DNA from: Heptranchias perlo
Lineage: Eukaryota
Assembly: GCF_035084215.1 (NCBI RefSeq)
Contig: NC_090370.1
Coordinates: 26,288,001 to 26,352,000, forward strand
DNA: 64,000 bases
Direction: 5' to 3'
Positions 55,300 to 64,000 of this stretch are shown here, piece after piece (within the stretch, counting starts at the first letter, position 1; each line of letters begins with the position of its first letter). Under the pieces are notes generated by a model. The model was not told where the DNA came from and ran no database searches. It saw only the letters and a list, made by a program, of their open reading frames with translations. A program made the position numbers and the translations under genes.

Positions 55300-56624
55300 A
55301 CAGAAATTTTATATAATTTGGAGAGGCAGGGACAGATTAGGAACAGTCAGCATGGTTTTGTGAGTGGAAAATCATGTCTCACGAATTTGATTGAGTTTTT
55401 TGAAGGGGTAACCAAGAAGATAGTTGAGGGCTGTGCAGTAGATGTGGTCGACATGGACTTCAGCAAAGCCTTTGACAAGGTACCGCATGGTAGGTTGTTA
55501 CATAAGGTTAAATCTCACGGGATCCAAGGTGAGGTAGCCAATTGGATTGACGACAGAAGACAGAGAGTGGTTGTAGAGGGTTGTTTTTCAAACTGGAGGC
55601 CTGTGACCAGCGGTGTGCCTCAGGGATCGGTGCTGTGTCCGCTGTTATTTGTTATTTATATTAATGATTTGGATGAGAATTTAGGAGGCATAGTTCGTAA
55701 GTTTGCAGATGACACCAAGATTGGTGGCATTGTGGACAGTGAAGAAGGTTATCTAGGATTGCAACGGCATCTTGATAAATTGGGTCAGTGGGCCGATGAA
55801 TGGCAGGTGGAGTTTCATCGATAAAAATGTGAGGTGATGCATTTTGGTGGATCGAATCGGGCCAGGACCTACTCCGTTAATGGTAGGGCGTTGGGGAGAT
55901 TTATAGAACAAAGAGATCGAGGAGTACAGGTTCACAGCTCCTTGAAAGTGGAGTCACAGGTGGATAGGGTGGTGAAGAAGGCATTCAGCATGCTTGGTTT
56001 CATTGGTCAGAACATTGAATACAGGAGTTGTGATGTCTTGTTGAAGTTGTACAAGACATTAGTAAGGCCACACTTGGAATACTGTGTACAGTTCTGGTCA
56101 ACCTATTATAGAAAGGATATTATTAAACTAGAAAGAGTGCAGAGAAGATTTACGAGGATGCTACCGGGACTTGATGGTTTGACTTCTAGGGAGAGGTTGG
56201 ATGGACTGAGACTTTTTTCCCTGGAGAGTAGGAGGTTTGGAGGTGATCTTACAGAAGTCTACAAAATAATGAGGGGCATAGATAAGGTAGATAGTCAAAA
56301 TCTTATCCCAAAGGTAGGGGAGCCTATAACGAGGGGGCATAGATTTAAGGTGAGAGGGGAGAGATACAAAAGGGTCCAGAGGGGCAATCTTTTCACTCAA
56401 TGGGTGGTGATTGCCTGGAACGAGCTGCCAGAGGCAGTAGTAGAGGCGGGTACAATTTTGTCTTTTAAAAAGCATTTGGACAGTTACATGGGTAAGATGG
56501 GTATAGAGGGATATGGGCCAAGTGCAGGCAATTGGGACGAGCTTAGTGGTATAAACTGGGCGACATGGACATGTTGGGCCGAAGGGCCTGCTTCCATGTT
56601 GTAAACTTCTATGATTCTTCTATG
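55300..56624 (+). mobile_element. 5'-truncated CR1 LINE inserted in the 57-bp satellite
   Basis: SQHGF...YINDLD...KFADDTK; one satellite unit at 55250-55297 precedes it. Confidence 0.93.
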
Positions 56625-57678
56625 ATTAGTGATGGACCCTCCTACCTCTTGGTAATTTCAGTGGTTACTTTTTATATAAAGATTAATGATGAATCCTCCT
56701 CGCTGTTTGCAATTCAGTAGTTACTTTTTATATAAAAATTATTGATGGACCCTCCAATCTGTTGGTAATTTGAATGGTTACTTTTTATATAAAGATTAGA
56801 GATGGACCCATTTGCCTATTTGTAATTTCAGTAGTTACTTTTCATACAAAGATTAGTGATGGAACTTCCTTCCTGTTGGTAATTTGTGTCGTTACTTTTT
56901 ATATGAAGATTAGTGTGGACTCTTCTACCGGTTCGAAATTTGTGTCGTGACTTTTTATATAAAGATTAGTGATGGACTCTCCTACCTGGTGGTAATTTGA
57001 GTTGTTACTTTTATATAAAGATTAGTGATGGACCCTCCTGCCTGTTGGTAATTTGAGTTGTTACTTTTATATAAAGATTAGTGATGGACTCTCCTACCTT
57101 TTTGAAGTCAGTAGTTACTTTTTACATAAATATTAGTGATTTGCCCTTTTACCTTTTGGTAATTTCAGTCATTACTTTTTCGATAAATATTAGTGATGGA
57201 CCGTCCTACTTGTTGGTAATTTCAGTCGCTGCTCTTTATATTAAGATTAGGGATGGATTCCACTACCTGTTGGTAATTTCAGTGGTTACTTTTTTATAAA
57301 AATTAGTGATGGACCCTCCTACCTGTTGGTAATTTCAGTATTAACTTTTTATATTAAAAACAGTAATAGACCCTCCTTGCTGTTTGTAATTCAGTCGTTA
57401 TTTTTTATTTAAATTTAGTGATGGGACCCTCCTACCTGTTCGTAATTCCGTATTTACTTTTTATTTCAAGTTTAGTGATGGACACTCCTCCCTGTTTGTA
57501 ATTTCAGTAGTCACTTTTTATATAAAGATTGTTGATGGACACTCCTCCCTGTTTGTAATTTCAGTAGTCACTTTTTATATAAAGATTGTTGATGGACACT
57601 CCTCCCTGTTTGTAATTTCAGTAGTCACTTTTTATATAAAGATTGTTGATGGACACTCCTCCCTGTTGGTAATTTCAA
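56625..57678. repeat. 57-bp AT-rich satellite
   Basis: GATTAGTGATGGACCCTCCTACCTGTTGGTAATTTCAGTAGTTACTTTTTATATAAA, ~18 units. Confidence 0.92.
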
Positions 57679-57679
57679 T

Positions 57680-57806
57680 ATGATGTGGAGATGCAGGTGA
57701 TGGACTGGGGTGGACAAATGTAAGGAGTCTTCCAACACCAGGATATAGTCCAACAGCTTTATTTGAAATCACAAGCTTTCGGAGGCTTCCTCCTTCGTCA
57801 GGTGAG
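57680..57806 (-). mobile_element. Penelope-like terminal fragment with hammerhead motif (57769-57805)
   Basis: TGATGTGGAGATGC.GGTGATGGACTGGGG end; minus strand TCAC-CTGACGA-A-GGAGG aag CCTCC-GAAA-GCTT-GTGA. Confidence 0.8.
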
Positions 57807-59146
57807 TTGTTGGCTGATTTGCCAGGTGCCCGGCGGAGAGCAATAATCGGCCATTGCGAATGTGTTAAGCCTTCACTGAGCTGAACTGTGTGTTCGATCA
57901 GTCTTTGATCAGTTCAATAAACGTGTACCGGGCACAAAACGGTTCAGTGAGTAAAAAGAGCCAGTATCAAAGTTATAAATAAATGCATATCCAGTGAGAA
58001 AGGCCAGTTTCCCACCCCTGTTTACTGAATATCAAATTCTAACATGGGGAGGAGGCACCGCTGGACTAAGATCGTGTAAATCTCTGGAGTTCGTGTGACT
58101 GCTTTCTGTCCCGGAACCGCTTTAAAATGTGTCTGTGGGAAGATTGGTGGGGTCTCTGAAGGGATAAGCCCTGAAATTCTCGGTGTAAAATAGCCGGCCT
58201 TCAGTCAGTGTCTGAGCGATAAATTAGTGAATTGTTCCATCCACGAGCAACAGAGAGCTCCCTACGCCGGGGAACATATCTGACCGCGGGAAATCGGCTT
58301 TACAAAAGAGGAAGAGGCAGAAAAAGTTAATTAAAAACAAATTGACACCACATTAACATTACATTGATCCCGCAACGATTGTCCGTCTCTCAATGCCCGT
58401 GTTGATTTTACACATTATATCCTTGTTATTTCATTACAGCCAATCGAGTAAAAGTTCCTTGCTTTATTTTAGCAGTTCATCACTTGGGAATTTGATCTGA
58501 TCCTTGTTATGTGAGATTGAGAGCTCCGCCTCCTGTGAAAGCTGCTGCCCGACATCAGGATGGATTTCAACGCAAACATTCCTCATTTGTTTCAGAACAG
58601 GGAGCGGCCTTTCTGGTGGAATCTAATCGAACCGGGTTGACAATTCGCTGCCACGAAAACTGTGAAAAAAGTCGGTTATAAATTTTACGTTTTCTCTTCT
58701 TGTTCCAGGGAAGTTCAGTAAAACAGATACTTGTTTAGAAATAAATTGTTACATTTGCATCAGGAACATTGTTTGCTAAAAGTCCCATCGATTTCCTCAT
58801 ATTTGCGCTTTCAACCCTGAGGCCAAGAGCCAGTGTTTCGTCAGTGAGCTGCAGAGAGGCTGTTTCTGTAAGTGAGGACATTAACCATTTAACCACCGAA
58901 TTAAACTATCGCTGAGCATCAATCACCTCAATCACTGGGGGAATGAGGACTGACTTTCCACAGTTACATTTATCATAATAAATATTCAGCAGATACACCA
59001 ATTACATTGTTAAATCCGGAAAGGACCATTTCTGTGCTGTGATCGGTATAAAGTTTGGATTTCCCTCATTTTGAGCGGGTTCATAGACTGCAATAAATAG
59101 CCCCTCCCCGGGATGGAAGTGTCCGATTAGAGGAAGTGTTTGATGG

Positions 59147-60568
59147 CAGATTGTGGTGATAATTCCGAGGGACGGATTGTTGTGATCAATCCCAGGGACA
59201 GATTGTGGTGATAATTCCGAGGGACGGATTGTTGTACAAAGCATTTGACAAGGTACCGCATGGTAGGTTGTTACATAAGGTTAAATCTCATGGGATCCAA
59301 GGTGAGGTAGCCAATTGGATACAAAATTGGCTTGACGACAGAAGACAGAGGGTGGTTGTCGAGGGTTGTTTTTCAAACTGGATGCCTGTGTCCAGCGGTG
59401 TGCCTCAGGGATCGGTGCTGGGTCCGCTGTTATTTGTTATTTATATTAATGATTTGGATGAGAATTTAGGAGGCATGGTTAGTAAGTTTGCAGATGACAC
59501 CAAGATTGGTGGCATTGTGGACAGTGAAGAAGGTTATCTAGGATTGCAACGGGATCTTGATAAATTGGGCCAGTGGGCCGATGAATGGCAGATGGAGTTT
59601 AATTTAGATAAATGTGAGGTAATGCATTTTGGTAGATCGAATCGGGCCAGGACCTACTCCGTTAATGGTAGGGCGTTGGGGAGAGTTATAGAACAAAGAG
59701 ATCTGGGAGTACAGATTCATAGCTCCTTGAAAGTGGAGTCACAGGTGGATAGGGTGGTGAAGAAGGCATTCAGCATGCTTGGTTTCATTGGTCAGAACAT
59801 TGAATGCAGGAGTTGGGATGTCTTGTTGAAGTTGTACAGGGCATTGGTGAGGCCACACTTGGAGTACTGTGTACAGTTCTGGTCACCCTATTATAGAAAG
59901 GATATTATTAAACTAGAAAGAGTGCAGAAAAGATTTACTAGGATGCTACCGGGACTTGATGGTTTGACTTACAGGGAGAGGTTAGACAGACTGGGACTTT
60001 ATTCCCTGGAGAGTAGGAGGTTAAGGGGTGATCTTATAGAAGTCTATAAAATAATGAGGGGCATAGATAAGGTCGATAGTCAAAATCTTTTCCCAAAGGT
60101 AGGGGAGTCTATAACGAGGGGGCACAGATTTAAGGTGAGAGGGGAGAGATACAAAAGGATCCAGAGGGGCAATTCTTTCACTCAAAGGGTGGTGAGTGTC
60201 TGGAACGAGCTGCCAGAGGCAGTAGTAGAGGCGGGTACAATTTTGTCTTTTAAAAAGCATTTGGACAGTTACATGGGGAAGATGGGTATCGAGGGATATG
60301 GGCCAAGTGCAGGCAATTGGGACTAGCTTAGTGGTATAAACTGGGCGACATGGACATGTTGGGCCGAAGGGCCTGTTTCCATGTTGTAACTTCTATGATT
60401 CTATGAATCCCAGGGACAGATTGTGGTGATAATTCCGAGGGACGGATTGTTGTGATCAATCCCAGGGACAGATTGCGGTGATAATTCCGAGGGACGGATT
60501 GCTGTGATCAATCCCAGGGACAGATTGTGGTGATAATTCCGAGGGACGGATTGTTGTGATCAATCCCG
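59147..60568. repeat. 52-bp minisatellite split by a CR1 insertion
   Basis: GATTGTGGTGATAATTCCGAGGGACGGATTGTTGTGATCAATCCCAGGGACA at 59147-59235 and 60406-60568. Confidence 0.9.
59236..60406 (+). mobile_element. Young 5'-truncated CR1 LINE with an uninterrupted ~360-aa RT C-terminal frame
   Basis: KAFDKVPH...GVPQGSVLGPLLF...SKFADDTK...GYGPSAGNWD; TTCTATGA tail; same subfamily as 55300-56624. Confidence 0.95.
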
Positions 60569-60599
60569 ACTAAAATATAATACCTCACACTCATTAGAT

Positions 60600-62620
60600 A
60601 CAGAGAAGGAATTTCCTGTCAAGGACGAGTCCAGAACAAGGGGCAAAATATTAAGATTGGCCTTCGGCCGTTCAGGAGTGAAATGTGGACGGACTTTGTT
60701 GCACAAAGTTTACTGTAAATGTGGAATTCCCTCCTCCAATAGGTTGTGAGTTCTGGTTCAACTGAAATTTTGAAGACTGATAGCTGCAGCATTTTTTACG
60801 TAAGCGTATCACGCGAAATGGATCAAGGGCAGGTAAATAGAATTCAGGTACAGAGCAGCAATGATCTAATTAAATGGGAGGACAGATTCGAGGGGCTTAA
60901 TGGCCTACTCCTGTTCCGATGTTCCTCTATTTAAACATGTGCTGGACTATGAATTCCGGAATTTGGTGAATGCGAAGGTTAACCAGAGTTTCTGTACAAT
61001 GACTTCAGCACTGGAGGGTTTGTACGTTCCCCTTAAATGGATGCATCGTAGTATCATAGTAGGTACAGCACAGGAGTCCATTCGGTCCATGATACCTGTG
61101 CTGGCTCTTTGAAAGAGCTATCAACTTAGTCCCTTTCCCGTGTTCTTTCCCCATATCCCTGTAAATCTTTCCTTCAAAATTTTAATCCAATTCCCCTTTG
61201 AAAGTTACTCTTGAATCTCTCTTTTTGCCCGTCTAATTCCCTCCTTTTTTAAAGATCTCCTCTGTTCTTTCTGTATTCAGCCTGGTTCTCTACGTTACAT
61301 TCGTCATAAGCCTCAATTTTCTGTTTCATTTTAATCTCTATCTCTTTACTCATCCAGGGAGCTCCAGCTTTGGGTGCCCTTCCTTTCCCCCTCGTCGGGA
61401 TGTGTCTACACTGTACTCGAACCAAGTGGGCTCTGACTGGCTGTTTTTATGTAAGGCTGAGCTCCATCGGTTCTGTACTTCGCAGAATTCCAGGGGAGCA
61501 AAGATCAGATAATCGGTGCAAGAGAATGTAGTTTAGTAAACACACCCATTGTTGCACCCTGTGTCCAGTCAGAATTAAACAGTGAAACCCTGAAACCAAC
61601 CTGCGATTTTATTTCGGGGACGGTTAAAAGTTCAGCACAAGAGATTCTGCATCTGCAGATTTTAAATACTAAGGTCCTGAAATTAATGCTTTTTGTATCT
61701 GCCGAGATGCTAACCTGATGTGTCCAGGATTCTGGATCGCAATTCACCCCCCAAACAAACCCACGCTATCATAAGAATCTTATTGTTCAGTCGATAACCA
61801 GTGACACAGGTCAGAACATCGCAATCTCTGGCGCCGTTTCGGAGTCTCCGCCTCTGCCGGGCGAGTCCCAGCAGTTCTCCCGCACCTACCTGGCAGGACA
61901 AGGCAACGCTTGAACAGAAGGTTGTTTTTTTAATCTGTGAGTTTGACAGTGCAGTCGTTCGAACTGTTCTGCTTGAACCGCAGCAATGCACAAACACAGC
62001 CTGCCGGCTCCGGGCATTTTATTGGTGATGTTTTAAGTACCCCTTGTTCCCTGCTCTTGATTGTGCCGAGATTGCCTGCATTAATCCGGTCCTAGGGGGG
62101 AATATTATGGCCTGGTTGTTCCTTCCTGGCATTACTTTCCTTTCATTCCTGGCGTCACTTGTTCAATGCATTATTTCCCAACAATATCAGGAAAGATTTA
62201 ACAGGCTGTGTCTCTTTTCTCTATTCAGTTGAAGACGGAGAGGTGAACTGATAGAGGTCTTTTAGATTCGGAAGGGGTTCCATAGGCTAGAACTGGAGAG
62301 GATATTTCCCCTTGAGAGCAGTCCAAAAATAAAGGCCATGAAGATAAGAAAGTTTCCAATGAAACCAAGATGGATTTCAGGGGAGACTTGTTGCTCAGAG
62401 AGTGACGAGAAAGTGCAATTCGCTACCACGTGGAATGGTTGAGGCGAAAAGTGCAGATGCATTTAAGGGGAAGGCAGAAAAATACATGAGGGGGCTAGAA
62501 ATAGAAAGATAAGTTAATAGGGTGCGATGAAATGGTGTGGGAGAACGCTCGTGTGGAGCACAAATCCAGGCAAAGACCTGTTGGGCCAAATGGGCTGTTC
62601 CTGAGCTGTAAAATTCCATG
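60600..62620. mobile_element. Scattered old CR1 3' fragments (~60600-60930 +, ~61040-61420 -, ~62190-62620 +)
   Basis: 3' UTR motifs GATCTAATTAAATGG..AATGGCCTACTCC; ERFNRLCLFS. Confidence 0.7.
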
Positions 62621-62659
62621 TCAGTCAATGAATATTTTGATTACACCAGCTCTTTCATC

Positions 62660-63352
62660 ATCACACAGTGTCAGAATTATCAGCACTATATTTAGCAGGG
62701 ATACTGTCAGTAATATCAGCCCTATATTGAGCAGGGATACTGTCAGAATTATCAGCCATATATTGAACAGGGATACAGTCAGTAAAGCAGAGCTCTATTG
62801 AGCACAGACACTGTCAGTAATATCAGCGCTATATTGAACCGAGATAAAGTCAGTAACAGCGCCATAATAGCACAGATACTGTCAGTAATATCAGCTCTAT
62901 AATCAACACAGACATTGTCATTTAACAACCCTATGAGCATCACAAATACTGTCACTATTAAGCTCGATAAAATCAGCACAGATACTTTCAGTAATATCAG
63001 CTCGACAATCAATAGAAGTACTGTCAGTAATATCAGTTCATTGATAAATACAGGTACGTTCAGTAATATCAGCTCGATAATAAATACAAATACTGTCAGT
63101 AATATCAGCTCTATAATCAGTACAGGTGCGTTCAGTAATATCACCTGTATGATCAGCAGAGATACTGTCAGTAATACCAGCTCTATAATCAGTGCAGATA
63201 CTGTTCATAATATCAGCTCTACAATTAATGCAGATACTCTCAGTAACATCAGCTCTTTGATCAAGACAGGTACTCTCAGAAGCATAAGCTCTATAATCAA
63301 AACTTATACTGTCAGAAGTATCAGCTCGACAATCAGTAAAGGTACTGTCAGT
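62660..63352. repeat. ~36-bp minisatellite
   Basis: TACTGTCAGTAATATCAGCTCTATAATCAGTACAGA, degenerate. Confidence 0.88.
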
Positions 63353-64000
63353 CCATTTAACAGTGTATTTAATGAGGTACAAACTCACAATTTACCCATA
63401 TTGTCCATTTAACAGTGGATTTAATGAGATATAAACGCGCCATTTACCCACAATGTCGATTTGATAGTGTATTTAATGATGTATCAACGGAACATTTCCA
63501 AACAATGTTCATTTAACAGTGTATTTAATGATATATAAACCACCATTTACGCACACTGTCCATTTAACAGTGGAATTAAAATTTATATAAACCCACCATT
63601 TACCCACACTGTCCATTAAACAGTGCATTTAATGATATATAAACCCACCATTTACCCACACTGTCCATTTAACAGTGTATTTAATGATATATAAACCCAC
63701 CATTTACTCACACTGTCCATTTAACAGTGTATTTAATGATATATAAACCACCATTTACCCACACTGTCCATTTAACAGTGGAATTAAAATTTATATCAAC
63801 CCACCATTTTGTCACACTGTCCATTTAACAGTGTATTTAATGATATATAAACCCACCATTGACCCACACTGTCCATTTAACAGTGTATTTAATGATATAT
63901 AAACCCACCATTTACCCACACTGTCCATTTAACAGTGTATTTAATGATATATAAACCCACCATTTACCCACACTGTCCATTTAACAGTTTATTTAATGAT
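63350..64000. repeat. 52-bp satellite running off the window
   Basis: GTCCATTTAACAGTGTATTTAATGATATATAAACCCACCATTTACCCACACT. Confidence 0.93.

Noticed and set aside
61103-61119. GGCTCTTTGAAAGAGC resembling a histone stem-loop
   Set aside because: Lies in a CR1 3' UTR fragment, wrong loop and flanks, no histone ORF nearby

Overview
Eukaryotic, vertebrate DNA, most likely a cartilaginous fish (inferred from the histone N-tails, abundant CR1 LINEs, Penelope-like ends and a DeuSINE fragment). Positions ~1-37 kb hold a replication-dependent histone cluster: H2B> H2A> (truncated <H2B) H1> H4> H3> <H2A <H2B ... <psiH2A. Every complete gene has the 16-nt 3' stem-loop. The cluster is built from a ~16 kb unit present as a direct, partly deleted copy and as inverted copies, embedded in 46-bp and 78-82-bp satellites. 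Positions ~37-48 kb contain tRNA genes and pseudogenes and a decayed hAT/Buster transposase. Positions 48-64 kb are CR1 LINEs, GA-rich tracts and minisatellites. The most notable observations are an apparently intact tRNA-Arg(TCG) with a 17-nt canonical-position intron, 11 extended CTCF-type motifs oriented symmetrically around the histone genes, and Penelope fold-back insertions with TSDs, plus minimal hammerhead ribozyme motifs in three Penelope ends. Also notable are a possible spliced non-coding transcript carried in each histone unit and several readable rearrangement breakpoints. All comparisons were made by eye and boundaries of degenerate repeats are approximate. I see no convincing wholly new protein-coding system.
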